DNA of 62,584 nucleotides, filler included. It is 5 parts of 5 records of this genome, joined end to end, with 100 filler letters (N's around TTAATTAATTAA, not from the genome) between each part and the next. Parts side by side here need not be neighbours in the genome. Positions count along the whole stretch, not along the records: positions 1 to 14,296 come from SRR22947725_5057; positions 14,397 to 26,656 come from SRR22947725_5079; 3 more parts are not named here. One strand, given 5' to 3'. Every line of letters begins with the position of its first letter. The first letter of the stretch is position 1. Positions 8,881 to 18,670 of the stretch are shown in pieces. Under the pieces are notes generated by a model. It was not told where the DNA came from. It saw nothing but the letters and a program-made list of their open reading frames with translations, and did no database searches. The position numbers were made by a program, and so were the translations under genes.

Positions 8881-10782
8881 ATGTTCGATTATTCAAAAAT
8901 AACTAAAAATGATTTAGTAAATGAAGTAGAGAATTCTTTGAAAGAAAGTAATGCGATAATCTCAGAAATTAAAGACTCTGAAACTCCCGAGCTCATGATG
9001 TTTGATTCATTTGAAAGAATTATTTCCGATTTATCTGGTAGGGTTGCTTTTTTAGCAGACGTAAGCAACTCTGAAGAAATCAGAGACTATGGCAACAAGG
9101 CTGAATCGTTAATAGGCAACTATCTGATTGAGGTAACTACTGATGTGGAATTGTATAAAAAATTTAAATTGATTGATGCGAGTACTCTAGATTCAGAGTC
9201 TAAAAAATATCACGATGAACTTGAAAAAGACTTTATTGATGCCGGTCACAATCTAGAAAAAGATAGCAAATTAAGACTTATTGAAATTGAGAAAAAATTA
9301 ATAGATTTAGAAATAAATTTTTCAAAAAATATAGCAGATGATAAATCAGAAGTTTATTTCGAAGCCTCTGAGCTAACAGGTTTAAGTGGTGGGGAACTGG
9401 GAGGTTTAGAATTTAAATCTGGAAAATATACTGTGACAATGGCCTATCCAGATGTAAATGCTGTTCTAGAAAATTGTTCAGTTAGAAAGTCTAGAGAACT
9501 AGTTTGGAAAGCATTTAACAATAGGGCTGCGTCTAACAACTTACCTATTCTTCAAGAGACTGTTGTTCTCAGAAATGAAAAAGCTAAATTATTTGGATTT
9601 GAAACTTGGTCTCAGTACAGACTTAAATACAGGATGGCAAAGAATCCTGACAATGTGAGTGCAATGTATGATAGTTTAATTCCTGCACTTCAAAAATCAG
9701 CAGAAACTGAAAAGCTTGAATTATCTGATGACAATATCGATCCAGCAGATTTGTCACCGTGGGATATTAGATACTTAATAACCAAAAAAAGAAATAAGTT
9801 GAGCAATCTTGATAATAGTGAGTTAAAAAAATATTTTTACATCCATGATGTTAAAGTCGAAATGTTTTCAATTTGTGAGGATGTATTTGATATCTCAATT
9901 AAAAAAGAAGATTCTAAAACCGCATGGCACGAAGATGTAGAACTTTGGTCTATATGGAATGAAAAGAATAAGAAAATAGCATATTTTTATCTAGACCTGT
10001 ACCCCAGAGAAGGAAAGTATACCCATGCTGCAGTATTTGATATTTCTCCAGGTAGTCAAGATGGTGAAGTCTTACCAGTATGCTCAATGGTTACTAATTT
10101 TCCTAACCCCAACGCAGGTGATGGTTTAATGAATTTTGATGAAGTAGAAACTCTATTTCATGAGTTTGGACATGTTCTCCATAATGGAATCGGTAAGTCT
10201 AAATTTGCAAGGTTTCTTGGTGCAAATGTTGAGTGGGACTTTGTTGAAGCTCCAAGTCAAATAATGGAGCACTGGGTTTGGAAAAGTGAGTGCTTGAAAA
10301 GATTTTCTAAACACGTAGAAACTGGTGAAACACTCAGTCTTGAGCTAAGTGAAAAAATAAACGCTACAAAAAACATAGGGGTAAGTTTACTAACACTTCG
10401 ACAAGTATCTTTTGGATTGGCAGATCAACATCTACATGGTTTAGATTTTACGGATAGTCTTGATGAAGTAGAGAGGAATTCACAAACTGTCACAACATTA
10501 GAATATCCAAATGATGTTAACCATTTAGGTTGTTTTGGACACCTGCTAGGTGGGTATGATGCTGCTTATTATGGATATTTGTGGGCTGACATAATCGGAG
10601 ATGATTTGTTTAGTAGGTTTGAAAAAGAGGGGGTTCTTTCTCAAAGTGTGGGGAAAGAATATAAAGAGAAAATATTAGCCGTTGGTGGATCAAAAATTGC
10701 TGAAGAAATTGTTCAAGATTTCCTCGGTAGGAAATGGACTGATGAAGCATTTTTAGACCAAAAAAAATTAAGTAAATCTTGA
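8881..10782 (+). CDS. M3A family zinc oligopeptidase (thimet oligopeptidase/oligopeptidase A-like)
   Basis: FYLDLYPREGK, TLFHEFGHVLH (HEXXH), WDFVEAPSQIMEHW, GYDAAYYGYLWA. Confidence 0.92.
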   Translation: MFDYSKITKNDLVNEVENSLKESNAIISEIKDSETPELMMFDSFERIISDLSGRVAFLADVSNSEEIRDYGNKAESLIGNYLIEVTTDVELYKKFKLIDASTLDSESKKYHDELEKDFIDAGHNLEKDSKLRLIEIEKKLIDLEINFSKNIADDKSEVYFEASELTGLSGGELGGLEFKSGKYTVTMAYPDVNAVLENCSVRKSRELVWKAFNNRAASNNLPILQETVVLRNEKAKLFGFETWSQYRLKYRMAKNPDNVSAMYDSLIPALQKSAETEKLELSDDNIDPADLSPWDIRYLITKKRNKLSNLDNSELKKYFYIHDVKVEMFSICEDVFDISIKKEDSKTAWHEDVELWSIWNEKNKKIAYFYLDLYPREGKYTHAAVFDISPGSQDGEVLPVCSMVTNFPNPNAGDGLMNFDEVETLFHEFGHVLHNGIGKSKFARFLGANVEWDFVEAPSQIMEHWVWKSECLKRFSKHVETGETLSLELSEKINATKNIGVSLLTLRQVSFGLADQHLHGLDFTDSLDEVERNSQTVTTLEYPNDVNHLGCFGHLLGGYDAAYYGYLWADIIGDDLFSRFEKEGVLSQSVGKEYKEKILAVGGSKIAEEIVQDFLGRKWTDEAFLDQKKLSKS

Positions 10783-10852
10783 AGAAATACTTGCATCCTG
10801 TAATTAATGTTGTTAACCTTGTGAATATATTCACAAACTATAAAGGAATAAA

Positions 10853-11047
10853 ATGACTGACGGACTGAAAGCAAGTCAAATTAAAGGTGGAATAAGACCT
10901 TCAAAAAGTTTTGACCAGGGCAGGGTGTGCAAGGATGAATCATGCAGTACTCAATTGAGTATTTATAACAAAAGAGATCATTGTTTCAATCATGCTCCAG
11001 TAAAATATCCTCGAGTAAGAGGCCGCATTTTACAAGCAACTGCTTAA
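10853..11047 (+). CDS. Small basic protein with putative Cx4C-x12-Cx2H zinc site
   Basis: AAGGA RBS; GRVCKDESCSTQLSIYNKRDHCFNH. Confidence 0.6.
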   Translation: MTDGLKASQIKGGIRPSKSFDQGRVCKDESCSTQLSIYNKRDHCFNHAPVKYPRVRGRILQATA

Positions 11048-11108
11048 TTTAAAAAAAGCTAAACAATTCTAATACAATTTATAACAGCCTTGACACTACT
11101 ATATCCTT

Positions 11109-11312
11109 ATGGATAAAAAATTTACTGTTCCAGAAATTAGCTGTGGCCACTGCAAAGAAACCATAGAAAAGGCTCTTGATGTAGATGGTGTATCAAATGT
11201 CATGGTAGACATAGACACAAAAGCTGTTTCACTTAGTATTTCAGATAGTATCGAAATGACAACTGTAGCATCCTTACTTGATGAACAAGGCTACACAGTT
11301 GTCCAAAGTTAA
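11109..11312 (+). CDS. copZ: Copper chaperone (HMA domain)
   Basis: ISCGHC metal-binding motif, 67 aa, directly upstream of a P1B ATPase. Confidence 0.88.
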   Translation: MDKKFTVPEISCGHCKETIEKALDVDGVSNVMVDIDTKAVSLSISDSIEMTTVASLLDEQGYTVVQS

Positions 11313-13344
11313 CGAAACTTTAACCCTCGATCTTGAGGGTATGACTTGTGCCGCATGTGCAGCAAGAATTGAAAGAGTTGTTTCTAAAGATGAGTCTATA
11401 GAATCAGTATCTGTTAATTTTCCTTTAAAAAAAGCTGTAATAACCTATCAAAAAAATCTTAATATTGAAGAGCTGATAAAGAAGATTAACTCTATAGGGT
11501 ACTCTGCAAATATCTCAGCTCCAAAAGAAGATGCTAAAACAAACTATGTAGCTACTTTCTTCATACCTTTTTTGTCACTAGTCTTTTCTGCGGGTATCTC
11601 TCGTGGCTTTCAGAGTGACAATGCATTCATTTCCTACTTACTAGGATTTACGGTCATATTTATTTTTGGCAGAAGATTCCATATTTCTGCATTTAAAAAA
11701 ATTAGACATCTTGAATTTAATATGGACACACTCATATCTCTTGGGAGCTTAAGTTCAGTTGCCGTCTCTTTACTACCATCAAGCAATAGTGATATGTTCA
11801 TAGATGCTGGAGCTTATATCATTTCGTTTGTTCTTTTTGGTAAGGCTGTAGAAGAAATATCTATAAAAGACTCTATTAATGTATCAGAAGCTATAAAAAA
11901 CTCTCGTCCTCAAAATGCAAAATTATTATCTGATAAAAATATTCAAATAAAAAAAGTTTCAGATCTCACAACCGGTGATTTAATAGGGATTTCTCCCGGA
12001 GAAATTATTCCGATTGATGGAATTGTCATAAATGGAACATCTTCAACTAATGAAGATTTTCTAACTGGTGAGTCAAGGCCTATAGATAAAAGTCCTGGAG
12101 ACAATGTTTTAGCTGGAAGTATCAACTTAGATGGATATTTGGAAGTTGAAGTTAAAGATGGAGCAGTTTCAACATATGACTTAATTGAAAGTTTAATTTT
12201 AGAGGCCCAATCTACAACTCCGTCTATTCAAAAAGTACTTGATAGGATAACTCAGTTTTTTGTACCAACCATATTAGCCCTAAGTTTGTTTACGTTTTTG
12301 TATAGATATTTAATACAAAATACAGATTTAATTAGATCTTTAGAAATTTCAATCTCTGTTTTGGTAATCGCCTGTCCTTGTGCCTTGGGTTTAGCAACCC
12401 CAATAATTCTTTATAAAGCCTCTTCTCTTGCCTATCGAGATGGTTTTATATTTAAAAACTTTGATAAATTACAAAATGTTAGACAGTTAAATAAAATAAT
12501 TTTTGACAAGACTGGAACACTAACATCTGGAGTATTCAATATAAGTAAAATAGATACATCTGATACAAACTTATCTGAAGATACTGTTTTATCTTATGTC
12601 GCAAGCCTAGAAATTAAATCTAACCATCCTGTTGCTAAGAGCTTGGTTTTAGAAGCTGAAAAAAGAGAGCTGCCTTTGTTCTCCTCTGAACAGGTTAAAG
12701 AAGATATTGGTTCAGGAATTCATGGAATAGTGAATGGCACACAAGTTTTAATTAAAAGAAAAAAAGGAATTGAAAATATTTTAGATATTTCAATTGGAGA
12801 TCAAAATGTATCCATAGACCTAGAAGAAGATTTAACAATTAACGATGAATTATTGCAAAGCATCAAGCACCACTATGACATATCTATTTTGTCTGGGGAT
12901 AGTTCAGAAAAAGTAGACATTCTCGCAAAAAGAATAGGTATAAGAAATGCTTTAGGTAACCAAACACCTGAAGACAAACTTCAATATGTAAAAAATATTC
13001 AACAGAATGAAAAAGTTATTTTCATCGGAGATGGAATTAATGACTCTCCTTCTCTTCAGCAAGCAGATGTTTCAATTACTACTTCAATTAGTAGTCAGAT
13101 TGCGCAAGCGTCTAGTGATATTGTTATTCAAAGCGGAGGTCTCGAAAAAATACTAAGTATAAAAAATTTAGCAGCAAAAAGTAGTATGAGGGTTAATCAA
13201 AATTTATTTCTCGCTTTTATTTATAACACGTTAATGATACCTGTGGCAGTCTCAGGAAATATATCCCCTAAGTTAGGAGCATTGGCGATGGCGATGTCCA
13301 GTATTTCAGTAGTGGTTAACTCTTCAAGAAAACTAACAAATTAG
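11278..13344 (+). CDS. copA: Cu(I)-transporting P1B-type ATPase (start may be the TTG at 11299)
   Basis: GMTCAAC HMA domain, TGES, ACPCALGLATP, DKTGT, HP, GDGIND, YN and MxxSS motifs. Confidence 0.92.
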   Translation: MMNKATQLSKVNETLTLDLEGMTCAACAARIERVVSKDESIESVSVNFPLKKAVITYQKNLNIEELIKKINSIGYSANISAPKEDAKTNYVATFFIPFLSLVFSAGISRGFQSDNAFISYLLGFTVIFIFGRRFHISAFKKIRHLEFNMDTLISLGSLSSVAVSLLPSSNSDMFIDAGAYIISFVLFGKAVEEISIKDSINVSEAIKNSRPQNAKLLSDKNIQIKKVSDLTTGDLIGISPGEIIPIDGIVINGTSSTNEDFLTGESRPIDKSPGDNVLAGSINLDGYLEVEVKDGAVSTYDLIESLILEAQSTTPSIQKVLDRITQFFVPTILALSLFTFLYRYLIQNTDLIRSLEISISVLVIACPCALGLATPIILYKASSLAYRDGFIFKNFDKLQNVRQLNKIIFDKTGTLTSGVFNISKIDTSDTNLSEDTVLSYVASLEIKSNHPVAKSLVLEAEKRELPLFSSEQVKEDIGSGIHGIVNGTQVLIKRKKGIENILDISIGDQNVSIDLEEDLTINDELLQSIKHHYDISILSGDSSEKVDILAKRIGIRNALGNQTPEDKLQYVKNIQQNEKVIFIGDGINDSPSLQQADVSITTSISSQIAQASSDIVIQSGGLEKILSIKNLAAKSSMRVNQNLFLAFIYNTLMIPVAVSGNISPKLGALAMAMSSISVVVNSSRKLTN

Positions 13345-13381
13345 TTTTTAGATAAATATTTACAGTGGTTAACATTTTGTT

Positions 13382-14242
13382 ATGGACGATATAATTTGGC
13401 ACAGAAAACCACTTTTATCTGAACCAGTTGCTGTTCTAGCTTTTGAAGGCTGGAGTGATGCTGGTAATACAGCGAGCGGCTGTATAGAAAATCTTTGCAA
13501 TAATCATGATGTAGACCCCTTTGCAGAAGTTAACTCTGAAAATTTTTATAACTACCAAATGAGACGACCAATAGTTGACGTAAAAGAGATAGGTGAAAGA
13601 AATTTTCATTGGCCACAGACCTCTTTTTACTCTATTGAAGATTACAAATCATCTAAAGACGTTGTATTGGTCTTTGGGGAAGAGCCTTCAATGAGGTGGA
13701 AAACTTATTCTGAGAATATTGCCAATGTCTTGATTGAGCTAGGAGTAAAAAAAGCTGTCACTCTTGGTGCTTTTTTTGGACAGGTAGCTCACACTTTGCC
13801 GGTTCCAATTTTTGGAGTAAGTGATGACCCAACATTTAATTCAAGATATAACGTTCTGCCAACAAATTATTCTGGACCTACTGGAATTACTAGTGTTGTC
13901 GGACATGAATTAAGAAATAGCGGAATAGAGACCTCAGGACTTTGGGCTGCAGTTCCTCACTATTTAAGTTCAGGTGGGTATCCTAAAGGAATAAGCGCTC
14001 TATTACACAAGTCTGCTGACATCCTTCAAATAGAAATTGATGACACTGGAATTCAATCAGAAGGCCAGCAATTTGAAACAAAGATTAAAAAAGCAATGGA
14101 AAATTCAGAAGATTTAGCTGAGTATGTTTCAAAGCTTGAAGACGCAGAACTGACAATTGAAGATAACTTTTCTGACGATTCAAATGAAAATCTTGTACAG
14201 CAAATCGAAGAGTTCTTAAATAATGAGTCTGGGGAAATCTAG
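13382..14242 (+). CDS. PAC2 family (proteasome assembly chaperone-like) protein
   Basis: AFEGWSDAG, RRP, GEEPSMRW, YSGPTGI, LWAAVPHY; family typical of Actinomycetota. Confidence 0.88.
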   Translation: MDDIIWHRKPLLSEPVAVLAFEGWSDAGNTASGCIENLCNNHDVDPFAEVNSENFYNYQMRRPIVDVKEIGERNFHWPQTSFYSIEDYKSSKDVVLVFGEEPSMRWKTYSENIANVLIELGVKKAVTLGAFFGQVAHTLPVPIFGVSDDPTFNSRYNVLPTNYSGPTGITSVVGHELRNSGIETSGLWAAVPHYLSSGGYPKGISALLHKSADILQIEIDDTGIQSEGQQFETKIKKAMENSEDLAEYVSKLEDAELTIEDNFSDDSNENLVQQIEEFLNNESGEI

Positions 14243-14295
14243 ACGCTTTTCTTCTTATGTCTATTTGATTTACGACGTTTTCTATATTTATGTTT
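14239..14295 (-). CDS. 3' end of a small basic ribosomal protein, bS22/mS38 (AURKAIP1/COX24 domain)
   Basis: Manual translation ...KHKYRKRRKSNRHKKKSV*, cut by the contig end. Confidence 0.6.
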   Translation of the reverse strand, partial: KHKYRKRRKSNRHKKKSV

Positions 14296-14296
14296 A

Positions 14297-14396
14297 NNNN
14301 NNNNNNNNNNNNNNNNNNNNNNNNNNNNNNNNNNNNNNNNTTAATTAATTAANNNNNNNNNNNNNNNNNNNNNNNNNNNNNNNNNNNNNNNNNNNN
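14297..14396. other. Artificial contig spacer
   Basis: N-run with central TTAATTAATTAA (stops in all six frames). Confidence 0.99.
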
Positions 14397-14397
14397 T

Positions 14398-14481
14398 CAT
14401 GTTTTCAGACCAGAAGTACGTGAATTCTATCAATTAGAAAAAATGTGGCTAACAGATCCTACTGAGCCAGAAAAAAAATAA
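14398..14481 (+). CDS. rsfS: 3' end of ribosome silencing factor (RsfS/Iojap)
   Basis: HVFRPEVREFYQLEKMW; conserved position upstream of rlmH. Confidence 0.88.
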   Translation, partial: HVFRPEVREFYQLEKMWLTDPTEPEKK

Positions 14482-14951
14482 TGAAAATTCATCTATGTGT
14501 TGTTGGAAGGTTGCGTAAAGGACCAGAAAAAGAACTTATAGATGATTATATTTCAAGGTTTGAAAAAATTGGGCGATATCATGGACTAGGCCCAGTTTCA
14601 ATTATTGAAGTGGAAGATAAAAAAAATGGTGGTATGCCAAATGAAGCTCTTCTACTTAAACGAGTAATACCAAAAGGTGCTTTAATTGCTATTCTAGATG
14701 AAAGAGGCCAAACTTTATCTAGTCCAGATTTTGCAAAAAAAATTAATTCTTACGTTACCAGTGGTATATCAGATATGGCATTTATTATTGGTGGCGCTGA
14801 TGGTATCGCACCTAGCCTTCAAGCTTTATCAGATTTAAAAATATCATTTGGGAAAATGGTCTGGCCGCATGCATTGGTTCGTGTCATGATTGCTGAACAG
14901 CTTTATAGGGCAGCATCTATCTTGGCAGGTAGTCCATATCATAGAAATTAA
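14481..14951 (+). CDS. rlmH: 23S rRNA pseudouridine-1915 N3-methyltransferase
   Basis: LDERG, FIIGGADG, WPHALVRVMIAEQLYRA, PYHR. Confidence 0.96.
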   Translation: MKIHLCVVGRLRKGPEKELIDDYISRFEKIGRYHGLGPVSIIEVEDKKNGGMPNEALLLKRVIPKGALIAILDERGQTLSSPDFAKKINSYVTSGISDMAFIIGGADGIAPSLQALSDLKISFGKMVWPHALVRVMIAEQLYRAASILAGSPYHRN

Positions 14952-15031
14952 TGTACAAAGAATCATATGATAAATGTTTTCTTGGAGTTGAACCTATTTG
15001 GTGATCCAAGTATTAAGCTTAAAAAACCTAA

Positions 15032-16564
15032 ATGGATTTAAATATGCCCAATAAAAAACCAGTTGTACTATGTATTCTTGATGGATGGGGAATGTCTGAT
15101 GATAAAATGGGAAATGCAGTTGCCTTAGCTAATACGCCTTGCTTTGATGCCTTAAATAAAAATTATCCTAATTCTACACTAACTACATTTGGCCCAGATG
15201 TAGGTCTTCCAACCGGGCAGATGGGGAATTCAGAAGTAGGCCATATGAACATAGGAGCAGGCCGCATTGTTGATATGGATTTAAGAAAAATTGAACGTAG
15301 CATCGAAAATAATGAATTTTCATCGCTTCCTGGAATTACTAGATTTGCAAATACAATCAAAGCTGCAAATGGGTCAGCCCATTTATGCGGAATTTTATCT
15401 GATGGTGGCGTTCATAGTCATGTTGATCATATGATTGAAACTTCAAAGATATTAGAAAATTCTGGCTTAAAGGTAATTCTACACCTTTTTGGTGATGGAC
15501 GTGATGTAGCCCCAAAATCTATCAATATCTATTTAAAGCATTTAAATTCTTCAATTGGAGAAAACACTTCTATTGGAAGCTTAACAGGTAGATATTATTC
15601 TCTTGATCGGGACAATAGGTGGGAGAGAGTAGCTCAAGGTTATGATGCAATAGTTCATGGAAAGGGCACACATTATAAAGATGCTTTTGGTGCCATTTCA
15701 GCTGCCTATGAAAAAGGTCTAACTGATGAATTCATCCCTTCTTCAGTAATAGGTAACTTTAAAGGGATTCGCCAGGGTGATGGACTAATGTGCATGAATT
15801 ATCGCGCTGATCGAGCAAGGGAACTTATGGCTTCAATTGGTGACCCTTCATTTGATAAATTTGATATTGGTGTGAGGCCAAAATTATCAATTTTATCTGG
15901 TTTTGCAGAATATTCTGAGCAACACAATACATACATGGATTGCGTATTTCCTAATGAAAAAATAATTAATACTTTAGGAGAATGGATATCAGCTAAAGGT
16001 TTGAAGCAATTTCGTATTGCTGAAACAGAAAAATATCCACACGTGACATTTTTTATGAATGGAGGCGTTGAAGCTCCCGCAGCAAATGAAGTGCGCTTCT
16101 TAGCGCCCAGCCCTAATGTTGCCACTTATGATCAGAAGCCAGAAATGTCATCTAAAGAAGTTACAGAAAATTTAGTTACTGCAATAAATTGTGGGGAATA
16201 TGATTTAATAATTGCGAACTATGCTAATCCAGACATGGTAGGGCATACAGGTGATTTAAAGGCAGCAATAAAAGCTTGTGAATCAGTTGATAAGGCAATG
16301 ATAGAAATTACGGATGCAGTAAATAACATTGATGGATCAATGATAATATGTGCAGATCATGGCAACTGTGAAAAAATGATAAATGTACAAACAGGAAACC
16401 CACATACTGCTCACACTACGAACCCTGTTCCAGTAATATTGGTAAATAATCAAAACATGCACCTACGTGATGGTGGTAGATTAGCAGATATAGCACCCAC
16501 TCTTCTTGAATTAATAGGTTTAGACCAACCAATTGAAATGACTGGGCGTTCCCTAATATCATAA
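15032..16564 (+). CDS. gpmI: 2,3-bisphosphoglycerate-independent phosphoglycerate mutase
   Basis: LCILDGWG, GQMGNSEVGH, AETEKYPHVTFF, DMVGHTG, ADHGN. Confidence 0.96.
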   Translation: MDLNMPNKKPVVLCILDGWGMSDDKMGNAVALANTPCFDALNKNYPNSTLTTFGPDVGLPTGQMGNSEVGHMNIGAGRIVDMDLRKIERSIENNEFSSLPGITRFANTIKAANGSAHLCGILSDGGVHSHVDHMIETSKILENSGLKVILHLFGDGRDVAPKSINIYLKHLNSSIGENTSIGSLTGRYYSLDRDNRWERVAQGYDAIVHGKGTHYKDAFGAISAAYEKGLTDEFIPSSVIGNFKGIRQGDGLMCMNYRADRARELMASIGDPSFDKFDIGVRPKLSILSGFAEYSEQHNTYMDCVFPNEKIINTLGEWISAKGLKQFRIAETEKYPHVTFFMNGGVEAPAANEVRFLAPSPNVATYDQKPEMSSKEVTENLVTAINCGEYDLIIANYANPDMVGHTGDLKAAIKACESVDKAMIEITDAVNNIDGSMIICADHGNCEKMINVQTGNPHTAHTTNPVPVILVNNQNMHLRDGGRLADIAPTLLELIGLDQPIEMTGRSLIS

Positions 16565-16762
16565 TCGAACTATATAAAAAATATTAGTAAACATTAGCAA
16601 TAAATAACTCATATTTAGTATATGGTATAAAACGACTGGAACTTTGTATTTAATTCATAGAAAGTAAACAAACAGTTTTTCGATTATAGTATATAAAAGA
16701 ATTTAAAGATAAAAACTAATTAATCTTAATAATTAGCACCGCATAAAAAGGTTAGTATCACA

Positions 16763-18088
16763 ATGAATAAACTTATTTTAACAGCTCTAGCAGGAGTTAT
16801 CTCTGGGGCTTTAATCACAACTCAATTTACTGACCCTTTGATTGCTCAAGAAACTAAACGTATAAAATCTACGTATGAAAATTTAGATTTATTTGGAGAT
16901 ATTTTTGAACGAATTCGATCCTCATATGTTGAAGAAATTGATGAAGAAAAGTTAATTGAAAGTGCCATTAGTGGAATGCTCACATCTCTTGATCCCCATT
17001 CAAGCTATATGGCTCCTGAAGACTTTTCCACCATGCAAGTTCAAACTCGTGGTGAATTTGGCGGGTTAGGAATTGAAGTAACACAAGAAAATGGATTTGT
17101 TAAAGTTGTTTCTCCTATTGATGATACGCCTGCAGATAAAGCTGGAGTAGAGGCAGGGGATTTCATCACAAAGGTTGATGGAGAAAGCACTCTTGGAAAA
17201 ACTTTAGATGAAGCCGTAGACAAAATGCGAGGACCGGTTGGTTCTGAGATTATTATAACCATTGTACGTGAAGGAATAGATGAACCTTTTGATATTAGTA
17301 TCATCAGAGACACTATTGAAATCAAAGCCGTAAAAGCGCGAACAGAAGGTAAAACAATTGTTTTAAGGGTATCATCTTTCACGAGCAAAACCTATCCAAA
17401 CCTCAAAGATAGTTTAGAAAAAGAAATCAAATCTTCCGGTGGTCTTGAAAATATAAACGGTGTGGTTGTGGACTTAAGAAACAACCCTGGTGGCCTTCTT
17501 AATCAGGCAATACGTGTATCTGATGCATTTTTAAACAGTGGAGAAATAGTTTCAACAAGAGGAAGAGGAACTAGAGACTCAGAACGTTATAACGCAACGC
17601 CAGGAGACTTAACAAATGGAAAACCTGTTGTAGTTTTGATTAACGGTGGCTCTGCATCTGCATCAGAAATTGTTGCAGGCGCACTTCAAGATCACCAAAG
17701 GGCAATTATAGTAGGAACTAAATCATTTGGAAAAGGGTCTGTTCAAACAATTATACCTTTGTCTTCTGATGGGGCTGCAATGCGGCTAACGACAGCTCGT
17801 TATTACACACCCTCTGGAAGATCTATACAGTCACTTGGGGTGTCACCAGATATTTTAGTTGAACAACGTATTAGATCTGTTGAAGAGCCTGAAAAACAAA
17901 ATTTTCAAAGATTTGAATCAGATCTAGAGAATTCTTTATCTAATGATAGCCTAACTGAAGATGAGCGCAAACTCTTAGAGGAAGAGCGTACTCAACAAGA
18001 AGAAATAGCAAAAATGCGAAACGATGATTATCAATTGGCTTACGCATTAGATATATTGAAAGGTCTTGCGACACTATCGCAAAAATAA
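16763..18088 (+). CDS. ctpA: Carboxyl-terminal processing protease, S41 family
   Basis: PDZ domain (FGGLGIEV), DLRNNPGGLL, SASASEIVAGALQD, SFGKGSVQ. Confidence 0.93.
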   Translation: MNKLILTALAGVISGALITTQFTDPLIAQETKRIKSTYENLDLFGDIFERIRSSYVEEIDEEKLIESAISGMLTSLDPHSSYMAPEDFSTMQVQTRGEFGGLGIEVTQENGFVKVVSPIDDTPADKAGVEAGDFITKVDGESTLGKTLDEAVDKMRGPVGSEIIITIVREGIDEPFDISIIRDTIEIKAVKARTEGKTIVLRVSSFTSKTYPNLKDSLEKEIKSSGGLENINGVVVDLRNNPGGLLNQAIRVSDAFLNSGEIVSTRGRGTRDSERYNATPGDLTNGKPVVVLINGGSASASEIVAGALQDHQRAIIVGTKSFGKGSVQTIIPLSSDGAAMRLTTARYYTPSGRSIQSLGVSPDILVEQRIRSVEEPEKQNFQRFESDLENSLSNDSLTEDERKLLEEERTQQEEIAKMRNDDYQLAYALDILKGLATLSQK

Positions 18089-18090
18089 AT

Positions 18091-18582
18091 ATGACTGAAG
18101 ATGAAATTTTAAAATTACCGTACAGACCTTGTGTTGGAATAATGTTGTGTAACACACAAGGTGGAATATTTGCTGGTCAAAGACTAGATAGCGCCCAAGA
18201 TGCGTGGCAAATGCCTCAGGGTGGTGTTGAAAAAGACGAAGACCCAAAAGCTGCTGCAATACGTGAGCTTGAAGAAGAAACTGGCATCCCAGCACAAGCT
18301 GTAAAAATTATAGCTGAAACTGAAGACTGGATACCCTATGATTTACCACATTATTTAGTTAAAAAGTTATGGAATGGCCAATATCGCGGTCAAAAACAGC
18401 GCTGGTTTTTAATGCAATTCACTGGTGATGATAGCATGATAAACATACAAACAGAAATACCTGAGTTTTCTCGTTGGTGTTGGCTTAAATCAGAGGATTT
18501 ATTAAATAAAATAGTACCATTTAAACGCAACACATATGAAAAAGTGATACGTGAGTTTAAATCACAATTAGATAATTCTTAA
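18091..18582 (+). CDS. rppH: RNA pyrophosphohydrolase (Nudix)
   Basis: YRPCVG, WQMPQGGV...AAIRELEEETG Nudix box, GQKQRWF. Confidence 0.93.
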   Translation: MTEDEILKLPYRPCVGIMLCNTQGGIFAGQRLDSAQDAWQMPQGGVEKDEDPKAAAIRELEEETGIPAQAVKIIAETEDWIPYDLPHYLVKKLWNGQYRGQKQRWFLMQFTGDDSMINIQTEIPEFSRWCWLKSEDLLNKIVPFKRNTYEKVIREFKSQLDNS

Positions 18583-18670
18583 GATAAGAATTTCTAAAAT
18601 CTAAATCTATAAAACTTTTAATACGTACTTAATAAATCATAATTGTTCTAATCTAAAAGTGAATTTATAA

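Noticed and set aside
11089-11094. TTGACA as the -35 box for copZ
   Set aside because: Only 14 nt from the ATG, leaving no room for a correctly spaced -10; the leaderless TACTAT model fits better
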